From contig NC_134028.1 of assembly GCF_964204645.1 (NCBI RefSeq), forward strand, positions 8,432,001 to 8,496,000: a stretch of 64,000 bases of DNA, in the 5' to 3' direction. The notes beneath the pieces were generated by a model that was not told the origin of the DNA, searched no databases, and saw only the letters and a list, made by a program, of their open reading frames with translations. Below are positions 38,901 through 51,770 of the stretch, piece after piece; the first letter of the stretch is position 1, and each line of letters begins with the position of its first letter. Source of the stretch: Tubulanus polymorphus. Lineage: Eukaryota > Animalia > Nemertea. Both the position numbers and the translations under genes were made by a program.

Positions 38901-41900
38901 TTGGAAAGGCCCTGTCGAGAGTAAAACATTTAAAAAGGGGTTCAACTGATTTAAATGGCAATATGTGTGTAATTGTAGCTCTTCTTTTCTTTTCTGCCGA
39001 GCTGAAAAGTTGACTTCGCTAACCACAACAGACCGACACTTAAATAAATGTATTGATTTCAAATTAGATCGTAGTTTACATAAGCTTGGAGTAATCATTT
39101 GTCAAAAGATTATTACCCCAAGACAAAAGTGACCGGGTCGATTAGGAGGAACAATGTATTATTTTTTTAGCCTAATTGTTATTTGTTGAGAGATTGCATT
39201 TTTGAACCATATTGATTCAAATGACACATGTTTTTTTATTCGTACTGGGTTTTTTCCTGGGCCTTGTTTCTTAGACCGAGAGTAAAAAATTATCCCTACG
39301 GGTAAATCTTTGAACCTGGGTGACGATTACCAGGGTAACGTATATAGGGGCGGCGAATTTCGAAAAATCTCAGACTTATTTTCGTGACTTTTCAAGGCAT
39401 TTGATCTTATTATCTACGTAATAGCAACTGTGAAAGGGACCATACATTTATTACGTACGCATTAGGGGAGAGGAAGGGGAAAGTGCAATTGCGTACTGTA
39501 ATGCTTAAAGTATATGACAAAAATGGCGATTTTGCGTACAGGGGGGAGGGGGGTTGAAAAAGTCAAATTTCATACGTACGTAATAAATGAATGATTCCAA
39601 ACCATAAATGTACCGGTATTCATGAAAAGGTATTAAAGGATTGGGGAAAAATTTCGGCGGTGATGGCACCCCTACACCCCCCTCTGGATCCACCCCAGCA
39701 ATTAGAAACCGTGGTGATAACCCATTGATTTCAAAATTTTCCTGTCGATTTTTGTACTCCGGGCTATGAAACTCAACCGTATAGTATTTATTACATTTCA
39801 GGACATTCCATTAAACTGGTTTTCGACGATTTCGACATCGAATTTTCGAAAAATTGCTCCTACGATTACGTCGAAATACGACAAGGTAACCGCGGCGAGG
39901 GTCAGCTGATCGGGCGATTGTGCGGACTCGGACAGCCGGGTGATATCCGCTCGGTCGGAGATTTGTGGATTCGGTTTCAGGCAGACGCTTCGGTCGAAGG
40001 TCGCGGATTCCTAGCTTCCTATCGGATAAGTAAGTCATTTACGTTATACAGCTGATTGTTTTCTTTTCATTGCAGGGATGAAAATCTTCCGACGATAGAC
40101 GGATTTCCGACCTTTTCTAACATTTTCTTTATTCCTGAGAACAGTGTAAATCACCTCAATCGCTTTAATCACCTAAATCGCGGGCGTCACATCGGAGCGC
40201 TCCGTAGTTAGGAGTGCTCCTTAAGACGGTTTTCGGCAGTTGTTAGCACAACTGTGGAGTCGGAGAAACCAATATGGCGTCTCATTCAAAAAGCTCTAAT
40301 TCAGGCCCAAACTATTAACATATTGACCAAAAGGAAGTAAGTTTTTTGGCTAAAAGTTACTGATTTTTGTTCCCCAAAAAATTCTTTTTTTTTTGAAAAT
40401 ATTTTCCGACTTTTTCAATATGGGCCGTTTTCATCCCTGTCATTGCCACCTTCGTGAAATTGCTTCTCAATGAAACAGTGACGTAGAGCATCTCTGGGTC
40501 ATCGTTATCAGATAATAGGCCTTTTCTAATCATTTGGAGTACGGTTTAACCTCCTGGAATTCTGCAAAAACTCCAAATTTATAGGAAAAAAAACATTTTT
40601 TGTCCCCCATAGTATTTTCATCACAATTTTCAACGAAAAGAATTTTTTGCCATGTCTTTGGCCTATTTAGATCTAGTGATTTGCAAGGAGTTAATTTTCT
40701 ACGGTTTTAAGTAAGATTTGGCTCAGGAGTTAAGCTATGGAACTATGGACTCTGAAACTGGGCCCTGGCGTTGAACGTCAGAAAAAGAAATAAATTGAGA
40801 ATGCTAAGGTATGAGTCTAGTTTTGGCTCAGTTGCTCAAATGTTGGTTAAAGTTAATTTTCAGATGAATTCCATGGTAATAGTGCATAGTCACGCCAGTC
40901 ATCCACCAGTTTATTACGAATGGCATACGCGCCACTGCCACCAGTGCTTTACGCTTCATAAATTCTGATGGTTTACTTATTTTTGCAGTCGACGACGATA
41001 AAATATTGGACGTAAATAATGAGATGATGGATGACGGGGTAGAGGAAAGTGGAAGTGGTATCATCATGAATACGAAACCCTTTACGTATCGTACAGGTAC
41101 TGGTATAGGTGTAGGCACTCCTCTCTTCTTGAACGCGTTCGCTGCCGACTACAAATATACTCGTACTTCCGGAATATATTCGTAGCTGATTCTTCTTATT
41201 TACAGTTAGATATTTGCACTCTGGCACACGGGAATGACACAGTTCACGATTAGTTGGCAATGCGTAATGCTCATTGGTCAATATCTTGAGCAAAGGCTGA
41301 CTATGTAACAGCTCCAGTGCCGACCTACGAGTATATTTGTAGCATCAATTGGGGGCGGCGCCATATTATCAAGCCCACAGTGAATGCGTTAATCTAACCC
41401 TGGATAACTTTTAATCCATTGCCGTGACTTACCCCATCAGACATTCGATAAGTTATTCCAATTTTTACTTCAAGCTTGTGTTCTGGACCTCACCCCACAT
41501 ATTTATAATCAATTGAATTAAAATGAGGACTACCAATGGGATACATTCCAAAGGACACCCTTTACTTTATTCATACAGTCAAACCCTCTAAGTAGACGAT
41601 AAATGATATCTGGATTAGATCAAAATCTGATGAAATGATCTGAATATTAAAGGCAGGTTTTGACTGGAATAATTTCTTCAGCCCACACTCATTCAAAAAG
41701 TCCGCCGTCGAAGGAGTTTCTCATTGCAAAGTTTCCTTGCTTTTCTTGATTTTCCAGATTGCCCTCGTCTATCCTAACTGATATTTATGTCGGTTTTTCT
41801 ATCGTAGATTGTCAGCAAGAAATTGTAAATGAAAGTGAAGGATTCATTATATCACCTCTCATAATGGCTTTGTACAACGGATTTATAGAATGCAGTTGGA

Positions 41901-44900
41901 CTCTAATTGGAGGTAAGATTTTGTCTCTCACCACCCAAGGATTTCGTAACAGTTTTGCATCGTCGTACCTATGAGGACTTAAACGGGAGCCCTCTTATTC
42001 GTTCTAGGTACTATCTTTGGTCCTGCCCCATGCATCTTGAGTTCAACTAGACTAATTGTGGTCTCACGCTACATTGTACTGAATTCCCAGGAATCTGAAA
42101 TTGGCTCCGGTACTATTGACTTACAAAGCTCTGCCTAATAATCAAGAAAGGGTGGCTACTGACCTGGAAACCTCAGGGAATCAGAAAAATCTGGGAATTT
42201 GACAAATTTTGGCAAAAACCTGTAAAACTCAGGGATTGCAGCTATGGTATTGACCACGTGTTTCTTAATAGATAGGCCCATGTGATTCATAAAATACATT
42301 AACTTTAACATTTTAAACAAAAGAGCTCCATTTCACCTGCAGATTCACTCAGGAAATTTTGTATTCTAATATGGAAAAATTAAGCGAAAACTCAGGGAAT
42401 TTGTTAATGGCAGAAACAAGCCACCCTGCAAGCGGTTAAAAGATTTTTTTGATTGATTGTCTTCAATTGCGGATTGCCTATTCATTGCCCTAAACAGTAG
42501 AACTCTATTTCGCTTGATGTATTTAAAGGCTTTTTTTCGAATTTTTTCAGGCCCTGATGCGTTGGGTATTAAGTTGGAACTAGATTCCGTATATTCTGAA
42601 AATCCTGATGCTTGTTTCGGTGATTTGTTCGCAAAATCGAAGATGAAACCGTCGGATTTGGATCGAAAAACGTTGATCAAAGAAAAATTTCTCATCGAAG
42701 AGAACGATATGTACGTATTACGTAATCATCTTCTTGAAAGAATTTCCTTAGCCCACCTGGGGTCCGGTTGCATAGTCATGGCTTAGACTTAAGACCAATC
42801 TAAGACAAACTTAGTTCTATAGCCAATATAACAACTTGAAACCAGTCTTAAGATTTAAGACCACTTAAGTCACGACTGTGCAACTGGCCCCTGGGACTTA
42901 AGGCTATTGTATTTGCTTTTCGTCTGTCATGCGTTTGTGGACAGAAATTAGTTTTCTAAGGAAGATTTTTGATACGCTTTGATGTCTACGACTTTCATTG
43001 TGAACTAAGAGTAAAAATCCCACGATAGATAAATCATTACCTAAAAAGTGTATTCACAGAGCTGCTATAAACGGTTTTTGATTTTCAGTAATTATTACTA
43101 TTTTATACTGAGAAATACTGATTTGATTTGTTTGATGCTTACAGAAATATGAAAGATGTTACTGAGGGTCTTACTGTTGATTACTGATTAGTTAGAACAT
43201 TTTCTTTCATATTTCGATTAATCGTTACTGGAAAAAGTTACCGATAGTATCTCAAAGAAGTTAGCAGCCCTGTATGTAAAATACTAGAAACCACCTTCAG
43301 TTCAGTTTCCACACGGAAAGATAAAAATGAATCTTCGAATGAATGAAGAGTCATTTTAGACCGAAGAAGGGTGGTAGTAACCACCTGAAATATTTCTAGT
43401 ATTTTAGATAAACTTTTTAGTAAATAATTTATTTATTGTGGCAGTTTACGTATGTATATTGTCTACTGATTCTCCATTGTGAACTGCTTGGAGCCGTTTT
43501 CTAGGACATTTTCTTATTTCTTTTTTTAGGTTCAAAAAGGCGAATTATGATTGCAAAAAGAGGGTGTTGACATTCAACACGAATGAAATAAAGATAAACT
43601 GGTCATCACAATTTCACAAACAGTTCCGTCTCCTTTACGTTATAGGTAAGCTATGTCGCCAGATATCAGGACATGTACGTTAATTTGAGGCTTTATAGTC
43701 AAGTTAACTTCCGGCTCCAGCTGTCTGGCCATTGGCTTGCCTCAAGAGACAACCCATTCTAATTTAGGCTCAGCGGGCTATTGCGTTAGCTTCTATATAT
43801 TTTGAATATTGAATATATAATTTGAATATTGAATTCTATATAATTTGTCTATTTGTTTTGGTGCCTGCACATAATTTGAACATATTTGCCACCATCAATT
43901 TGAAAAGTTGTAGCTTATGACATCTTCTATAATTGTGATCACTTTCAAGTTTTTGCTCACCACAAGGCTTTGAATATTGAAATTGTAGAATTTTCAATCA
44001 TTTTAGACCATATGCGAAGTAGGCAGGGCGAACTTTGGTTTTCGGAGCTAGTTGACTGGTGGTCGGAACTAATAACCGAATGCACTTAAGTCCCGTCGTA
44101 ATGTGTTTCACAGTGTCGGCCATCTTGGAACTGGGCCCGAACTACAGCGACCGTACTCAATCGCGTCAACCATTTCCGGACCATAGTTCCGACTAACTGA
44201 CATTCGGTTTTGTTTAGTTTGACAACCATAGTCGATTAACTCTGATAACCCAAGTTTTTGCCCATGCTGTCCCTGGACCCCAGTTATATTCAAATGTAGT
44301 TGGCAGTGTCCGATATCAGCATTTATTACAAACGGTGAAGAATAGTGGGAATTCAATTTTTACTGAGCCAAGCGTCCAAACTGCTCAGTTGCTCTCGAGC
44401 TGTTTATGCGGCAGTTTATTCCAATCTAACTTTGTTCTTACGAAGAAGGGTTCTGAAATCGATATCGCCCCGTGACGAGACGGAAGTACTGTAAATTCTT
44501 CGCGAAACTGAAGAGTTGTAGATTATGTTTCCGATTTTAATTCAGTTTCGTAAACAATTGTTGTTTTTGTGTAGATAGATTACGATGAGTGCAAACAGAA
44601 CAAGACGATTTGCGAACACAAGTGTATCAATACGTTCGGTGGTTACACGTGTCACTGTACGTCCGGATTCCTCGTCGACCCGCACAACAACAGTAGATGT
44701 GTGCCAAAACAGATTCAATTCGCAGGTATGTACAACCTAAGTCAAACCAGATAATGACTACTGTTTGAGAATAGTTGCTACTAGTCTTTTTAAGGGCTCG
44801 ACTACTTAAGAAATCTCAAAATTCTCTCAAAATCAGAATAAATTCTACCGGTATTTGACGATATATTGTACCATACTTAAGTCAGACCTGACAACTACTA

Positions 44901-45792
44901 CCTGTGTGAGAGTAGTTTCTACTTACTCTTTTACGGGGTTCTTACAGATCAGGGAGATCAAGCAAAATCAGGAAATTTCAGAATTATTTTTCCCTGTAGG
45001 GAAAATCAGGGAATTCTGTCTCGTTTCTTTGAAATCAGGGAATTTGAAAATTACCTCGGTCATTTTCTCAATGCAGTAAATTTTTTTAAAAGCAATTTAC
45101 ATCAGGACTTTATTTATTGCTTGGAAAATGCACCAAAAAGCAGTGAAAATTCAAAATTTTGAATTTTGTTAAGGATCATGCAATCGCCATGTTGGGTGCC
45201 TTTTTCGGTGACATTGCTCTTTTTTCTCCAGAAAAGAAGAACCCCCTAAAAAAAGCTGTGTACAAGCCTGGTGATGAGTGACAAACAGCCCCCACTGAGG
45301 ATCCTTATAATTTAATCAGCAATTTGAATTTTTGGGTGTCTCGTTGTTTTTGCTGCTGATTAGATGATCGTGGAATGTTGGGTCAAGGATCAGTAAAAAT
45401 CTGTGAATTTCAGTTTTCCAGATCTGTAAGAACCCTGTTTTCAAACCCTTACTTCAAATATCAAATGGTGATTGTCTGAAGGGGACGGGTACAGGCATCA
45501 TACGCGATACCTTTGTATTTACTTGAAACCTATGTGCATCGCGTAATCGGCTGTATTTTCAGATTCCTGCGGCAGTCGTTTGGTCAGCGTTCGCGGCAAA
45601 TTACGTTCGAGCACCGAACCGGAAGAGTATTGCGTTTACGAGATTAAACAGTCGATAAATTTTCGCGTGACGGTCGCGTTCTTCAAATTCGTGATTCCGT
45701 ACTCGGAAAACTGTACCGAAAGCTACATAGAAGTGTTCGCGCGCAACGAACAGGTATTGTAAAAAAATACATACCGGTATTGATGTATATAT

Positions 45793-45841
<49 letters not shown>

Positions 45842-48800
45842 TTTACTTATTTCGCATCTACCGGCTTTTAGGATCAACTGTGTTGATCGTTGATCCTTAG
45901 TGGAACCTCGTTACAGCGAATTTCGCAGGACCAGAGAATCTGTTTGTTATAGGCGATAGTTCGTTATATCTAGTATGAAATTAATCGAGTTGTCTTACTA
46001 GGGACGAAATTCTATACATGTACATGTGTATTTGTTATATTCGATGAATCGTTGTATCCGAGTTCATTGTAGCGAGGTTCCCGCTGTAGAATAATTCTGA
46101 GATCAACTTTTTGTAACTATTATCATGTATATCTTCAAAGTTGAACACGCTTACGACACAATTGTGTTGTGTACCAAGATTTCATCTTTATATGTTATTG
46201 CAAATCCCAGAACATATCGCGATTTTTGCGCTCAAAAGTAAAAATGTACTCAGTTAATCCTACTGGATCAGTTAATCCTATTGTATCCTGATCTTGGCAA
46301 GATCAAGCCCAAGAGAATCTATGTGCCAAAAGTGCTCAAGCCGGTTTCATAGACGCAGAATAGACGCAGAGTAGTTTGGTCCTTGCACGAGGGTTATTTC
46401 GGGTCAAATATGTTCCCCAAGATAAGTTATTTGATACTCAGAAATACTACTTACAGTAAGTAGTAATACTGTATTCAACATCTATGAAACCGGCCGCAGA
46501 TTTGCTGGTGCTTGATAGAGATAATTTAGCAGTTGGTACTAGATAAACGGGCAGTATTTCGTGTAATTGGTGTGATTGTATTTTTTGTAGAGTTTAAAAG
46601 GTCGGTTTTGTGGAAATCGCCACCCGAATGTTCTGACTACGCCGACTGGCTATATAAAGATCGTCGTTTACACTAACGTCACTCGTCAGGCTCAGTTACC
46701 GTTCTTCACCGCTTCCTACATAGCTCACATGTCTCAAAAAGGTTTGTCTTTCCCTCGATAGCGCCATCGTGATATTTCCGTCGAGTGCTGTACCCTTTCC
46801 TATGGCGGATTTCGCCGGTGGCTAAATGCAATACCGCAGGGCCGGGGCGTATAGAAAAACCATTAGCGATCAATCCAAATTTAAAAATATTGGCAAAAAC
46901 CATAGGAAAGGGTAAGTACTACTCGGAAATACAAATTTTAGTTCCTTCCAAAAATTGTAATTTTACCTGCCAATCGTCTCTATTTTCCGAGCACTATCTC
47001 TTGTTTACCTATACGTTATTCCTAGCCGGTTCTGAATGGTAGATCTTGATAATTCAGACTAGAACTACGTATGCCCATCTATGCTCACTTAATTTAACCA
47101 ATTTTAAGCTATTCCTGTTGTTAATCTGTTGCTAATGTTTCGATGTTCGTGTTCTTAATGTTCGCTTGGCTGACCGAGTCAACTGGCGCTTCCATTCAGG
47201 CTGTCATCTGAATCAAATGATCGATATGACCGCAATCAGTGTCAGTCTTACTGTAGCCGGTTCTGAATGGTAGATCTTGATGATTTGGACGAGAACTACG
47301 CATACCCATCTATGCTCACTTAACTTAACTAATTTTAAACTATTCCTGTTGTTAATTTGTTGCTAACGTAGAATCGCCACAATCAAATGTGGTGAATAGA
47401 TGATAGAATAAAATCAAAAGCCCCGCTACAGTAAACCTCGTCTTACTCGAACATGGCCAACTCAGAGACAAATTCATATTTCTAACTTCCTAGGCAAGGT
47501 TTACTGTATATTCAAATTTCCGATTAGAAAAACTGAATTGATTATCAAATGTTTAAAAGACGTAACATGTTGGTGTCACTTGAGAGCGTCCTCTGGTGTG
47601 TTATTTATCATTTCGTATAGAAATTTGCTTAATTTGTATTTGCAGCGAGATGTTTTTACCGATATCGCGGACGCGGCAACGTCACCAGTCCGGCGTATCC
47701 GGACAACTATCACGCGGACAACATGTGCATCTGGAAGATATCGGCACGCGGTAAAAACCATCTGGTTCTGAAGTTTCATTTCATCGACATCGAATCGACG
47801 CAGAATTGCGGATTCGACTATGTCGAAGTGCGCGACGGTCGACACAGGCGTTCGCCGTTCATCGGGAAATATTGTGGCAAAAAAATTCCTCCCGCGATCA
47901 TTTCATCAGGTATATATAGTGGGCAAGGGCTACAACAGGGTGGCTACTTACTTTCCTTTAAAGTCACAGAATACAGTAGAACCTCGTTGCAACGAACTTC
48001 ACGGGACCAGATAATATGTTCGTTATAACCTATAGTTTGTTATATCCAGTATGAAATTAACTAGATTCTCTTACTATGGACGAAATTCTATATTTGTTCT
48101 GATGAATTTTTGTATCCGAATCATTATAATGAGGTTGCACTGTATTCTGTATTTTGCAAAAAAGCTAGAAATCTGGGAAATTGTTGTCATTGCTAGGTTG
48201 GGCAAAAATCAAACAGTTTCGGTCTCACGTATGTCTTACATATTTGTTAATGGATTAGATTCTTAGCAGATCAGGTCAGGGAAAACAATGTGCATGTCAG
48301 GGAATAGTTGGGGGAAAAGCAACCCTGTATAAGGTCTGGCTGCATAATTATTAACGCAATCCTGAGTATACTCGACTACGAGTATACTCGTACTTCTGGT
48401 CCTGCCAGTACGAGTATACTCTAATCCTTCCTAATACTGTTAGATATTGTTCCTTATTAGCGAGCAATGTGAACCAACTGCTTCGTTCTCAATGCTCATT
48501 GGGCGATTTTGAACGGAGCCTGACTATTCATTACTGCCAGCGCCAACTATGAGTAATGGAGTATACTTGCAGTGGCGATTGGGGGCGGCACAGTAGTACA
48601 GTGGAACTTCGTTACAAAGAACTTCACAGGACCAGAAAATATGTTCGTTATAACTGATATTTCGTTATATCCAGTATGAAATTAACCAGATTTTCTTGCT
48701 TTTGACGAAATTCTATATTTGTTATATCATTCTGTTGAATCATTGTATCCGAGTTCGTTATATTGAGGTTCCAATGTATCACTGTGTAGTGAACGTGTTA

Positions 48801-49285
48801 GACAAAACAAAGAATCAACCTTCAATTAGGATTCAATCAAAGCGAGTGCTTCATCTATTTTCCGTCTCTTGGTCTAGATTCCATCACTTAAAAGACATAA
48901 CACCAAACCAACCCGGATTGATTCCAATAGCTTATCCTATGTTTCAGGGCGCCATCTATGGGTAATGTTCGCTTCCGACGGCACGCACAACGGAAAAGGT
49001 TTCATGGCTACGTTCGATAAATTTGAGAAAGAGCGACAAGACAACTGGACGAACCAAACGTTGACAAGACACGAAACGGAGATATATCGCCGGCACGTCG
49101 CCGAAAACAGCGGTGACAAACCTCTCGAGCAAAATCGAGATAGCGAGGGAAACGACGAGGTCAAGCTCGTCGACGCGGACATATCGAATGAGGACGATAA
49201 GCAGAACAGCAGCAATAAGTGGATCGATAAGCAAGAAGGAGATGGAGATAAGTTTATCAGCATTTCCGAGAAAGATCTTTTCTAA
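26976..49285 (+). CDS. Tolloid/BMP1-like astacin metalloprotease (astacin-CUB-divergent CUB-EGF-CUB-CUB-acidic tail), 18 coding exons
   Basis: Exons 26976-27066, 27796-27884, 28124-28208, 28886-29003, 29477-29605, 30092-30233, 30338-30461, 34659-34772, 39802-40029, 40989-41096, 41808-41912, 42551-42710, 43530-43645, 44579-44725, 45563-45753, 46591-46741, 47646-47909 and 48948-49285 join in frame. Motifs: RSKR furin site, [30 protein letters not shown], Met-turn SIMHY, CUB motifs ([32 protein letters not shown]) and a Ca-binding EGF (DYDEC...[10 protein letters not shown]). Confidence 0.88.
34802..34933. mobile_element. Small MITE family with GG(G/C)CC-type TIRs and 3-bp CWG target duplication (Harbinger-like); also 42760-42890 and 51022-51131
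   Basis: CTG|ggcccagtttcacgaaaaa...ttttttgtgaatttgggcc|CTG; CTG|gggtccggttgcatagtc...gactgtgcaactggccc|CTG; CAG|ggtccagttccacagttgtg...cacaactgtggaactgggcc|CTG. Confidence 0.65.
37054..37926 (-). CDS. Intronless bZIP transcription factor (C/EBP / PAR-related), nested antisense in tolloid intron 8
   Basis: GC-rich 290-aa ORF with an acidic activation-like region and C-terminal basic region [17 protein letters not shown] followed by a heptad zipper. The start could alternatively be the ATG at 37848 (MPDPCP). A long AU-rich 3' region follows, with minus-strand AATAAA at about 35590. Confidence 0.88.
   Translation of the reverse strand: MDTKPRRRQRQGLADRRTLATLATATMPDPCPLSRSLPKTSGLFNTSLDLSLDAFSMIDAGRIHTDVDAIDTPELRFENGFDFKSVLNATVAPNIVELYSDDGNAAARDDCLVSPSDSEKLFFDSAEDFTDLDALIAQVSGNKPVITDLAGDFSVAEENADDRIDENGPDRKRSANESWDFVRLDEKRAKPEVDDSAEIVVASTSTAAVDCRSIIPHAIPSTKYVERRIKNNIASRKSRQNRKNKFQLMEQQAVDLETENVRLKRQVKDMEETAKQMKKALVDHLAKKRN
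37793..38125 (-). CDS. 110-codon upstream ORF overlapping the bZIP ORF out of frame
   Basis: The ATG at 38125 lies between the TATA box (38273) and the bZIP ATG (37926). The ORF overlaps the bZIP ORF by 134 nt, with the bZIP in the +1 frame. Translation status is unknown. Confidence 0.55.
   Translation of the reverse strand: MLEDFLENIFHSSSENNINMQSTAASKLKHLQTNESLELLNGLDNDTLSLAEYDEWVKILGVPVEEDGYQTTTTTTTGAGRSENARDACDRDDAGSLSAFTFTTEDKWPI
38264..38404 (-). promoter_or_regulatory. bZIP gene promoter: TATA, MEF2 site(s), two CCAAT boxes, CRE-like site
   Basis: TATAAATAAA at 38273-38264; perfect MEF2 consensus CTAAAAATAG at 38291-38300 and TTATATTTAG at about 38342-38351; GACCAATCA 38318-38326; AGCCAATCA 38368-38376; TGACGTAG 38397-38404. 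Confidence 0.7.
43356..43399 (+). ncRNA. Degenerate minimal hammerhead-ribozyme-like motif in a tolloid intron
   Basis: TTAGA-CCGAAGA-a-GGGTGG-tagtaa-CCACCT-GAAATATT-TCTAG: stem I, stem II and a palindromic stem III are present. The core has C instead of U at position 4. Confidence 0.4.
45798..45838. repeat. (TA)n microsatellite
   Basis: About 20 uninterrupted TA units. Confidence 0.95.
45898..46086. mobile_element. Tc1/pogo-like MITE (CAGTRGAACCTCGTT TIR, TA flanks); further copies at 47974-48142 and 48599-48776
   Basis: Three ~170-190-bp homologous copies in tolloid introns with TA|cagtrgaacytcgtt ... gaggtt.c.ctg|TA ends. Confidence 0.75.
47021..47367. repeat. Direct duplication of ~115 bp (about 47021-47135 and 47254-47367)
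   Basis: tagccggttctgaatggtagatcttgat...ccatctatgctcacttaa...ctattcctgttgttaat occurs twice. Confidence 0.8.
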
Positions 49286-51477
49286 CCATTTCGTTACTGA
49301 TTGTTCTGCCCCTAAACTGCTGGAGCTGATTCAAACTTTAAGAAAAATTCCAACGCATCATGGTGTCTTATAATGGACATACTGGTATATTGCGTCTACC
49401 CCGTGGCGCGGTGTAACGTCAGTTACTAATATTTCGCTGAATTTTTCAGCTACTTTTATATTTTTAAATCTCAATTTTTCGTTTCATCGGCATTGTATGG
49501 CAATTAACAAGTTATATATATATTATTGCTTCGTGAACTCTCGTGAGTGACTAGTGAAAGACGAAGATTGAAATTTATTTTTATGTCAGTTTTTATTTTT
49601 ACGATATGTTCGATTTATGTATGTGTATATTTATTATGTGAAATATGTTTATACATTTGAATCATGAGATTATTTTGCATACTTTTTCATGCACTCGGTT
49701 TGTACAATGAACCAGTTTCTAAAATTAACCTGTATGATCCTGGGGTATTTCGGAATGTAGCTTTAACCCTAGAAGGGCCTTGGGGGTAAGATTTCAATCA
49801 ATACTTGTATTTATTTACAAAATTCTTGTTTTTTTTTTTACTTGATATCGGCAGTTAACACCTATACGCCATCTATCCAAATTGGCTGCAATTAATGTAT
49901 CTTCTATGCTACGTAGAGCGTTATTGTTAAACCATATGACGTAAGGGGTAAGTCACCATTTAATGATGGTGTCTGGCTTGGAATTGTTTTATGATTTAAA
50001 GTTTCCTTAATTATTGCAACTCGCACAACTGTAGACCGGATGTAAAGCTGTTAATGCGATTAAATCATAGTTTATACAGATTATACAGTTGAACCTCGTT
50101 AATACGATGCTGTTTAAGATGGTTTATTGCGATGATTTCCAACCTGCACCGACTGAGTAGTCTAGTACGTAGCCGTCGTTCCCCAAACAACCCGTAACAA
50201 CGACTGGTATTCAGACTACCGACTGAGATATTTATATCAAGCAAGCTTTGGATAATACGAAACCCGTTTAATACGTCATTAACTGTCAAACTGTAAAACT
50301 ATACATAATTTATTGTGCGTAGTAATATAATCATGCCCATCATCGAAGGAACTATGGTAATTGTCCCTTATACCTCAGGTTAAGTGGATCACGATTTATA
50401 AACGTCAGTGTATGTAACTCGGAATTATAGTCCGTACTGTTGTTCAGACCTAGCAGACACTAGTCTGATGCAAAACGTCGAATACAATGCTGATTGAATG
50501 TTCCACCCACCTGTCAACTAACTATAAAACGAACTTTGCCCTGTACGTTTAGGAGACAGATTCAATGAGATAATTTGGTTAGTTTCAAACTGGGAATTAT
50601 CCAGGTATCTAATCAACTAGTGATTATAAATCAACTAGTGATTATAACCAAATGATTTTCTGAGTTTAGATATTTTGCTAACTTCATTTTTAAATACGTG
50701 TGTCGTCGTGCCAAATCTTAACTATTTATCGTTTTAATAACAAATGAAATCGAATATTTTTTTCGTCGAATTCAAATATATTTCAAAGCAACGAATCGTG
50801 TATAGGAACCGGTAATTGTTATAACATACATGCAGTAGGACTTTTGGCAGAGGGTCCAACTGAAAGTAAAATCAAGCAGACTGCCTGTAGAGGGGTGTTC
50901 CCCCTCGATGTAAAACAATTAAGCGAAACTATGTTGAGACCGGATAATCGGAATTTGTGAAAGTAAGAGGTTTTATGCGTTTTAAATATCTCACTAATCC
51001 TAGCTGTAACCCAGAACCCAGGGTCCAGTTCCACAGTTGTGAACTAAGATCTGACTCAAGAGTTAGCTCATTGAAAATGGACTAATTTTAACTCAAGACT
51101 TAACTCTAACTCACAACTGTGGAACTGGGCCCTGCTCTTGTAATATCTTACGGGTTTTTTCAAATGAAATACACATATTAGACTAGTTGAGGTGCATGTT
51201 ATGTCGATATATATTTTTGTCTTTTTGATTCATGTATAACTTATCATACAAATCTGCTTAGGGCCCAATGTTCGTGTGGTTGCGATGGGTTCAGTGAACT
51301 CCCATGTACACGCACTATGGACCCTGGCCTATGTACCCCGTGGAATGTTACTTAGTTCAAGTCAAGAATCGGTAACTGCGAAATCCAAAAACCACCACTC
51401 ATCTCGAAAATGGCATACTACAGGTAAAATCTATCTAACAGTTCCTCCAAATCCGACATATGCAGGGTGCGCTATAT

Positions 51478-51770
51478 CAGTGTCGGATCCAGGGATGTCG
51501 GTGGGGGTCCAGATCCGCGCCCTTAAAATTTTGAGGTCCCTTAGAAATTTAATCCTCAAATATTCCAGTCTGATCTATCTAAAGAAAGATCAGAATTTAG
51601 ATTGAAAACCGAAAAATACCAAAATTTTGTTGTGGCAATAAGCTGTTTTATTAATGCTAGATCTAAGAAATCATTGTGTTTGTGGAATGACAAAATTGCA
51701 ACGAAACTTTGGAAAAGGCCCTAAATTTAAAGTGTACACCCCCTCTTCTTCGACCCTGGATCCGCCCCTG
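51478..51770. mobile_element. MITE family with CAGGGGCGGATCCA-like TIRs; related copies at about 9745-9981, 54376-54619 and 57881-58141
   Basis: cagtg(t/g)cggatcca ... tggatccgcccctg terminal pairs. Confidence 0.6.

Noticed and set aside
38562-39098. 178-aa minus-strand ORF upstream of the bZIP gene
   Set aside because: AT-rich, no recognisable motifs, and it lies upstream of the TATA box; likely a chance ORF.
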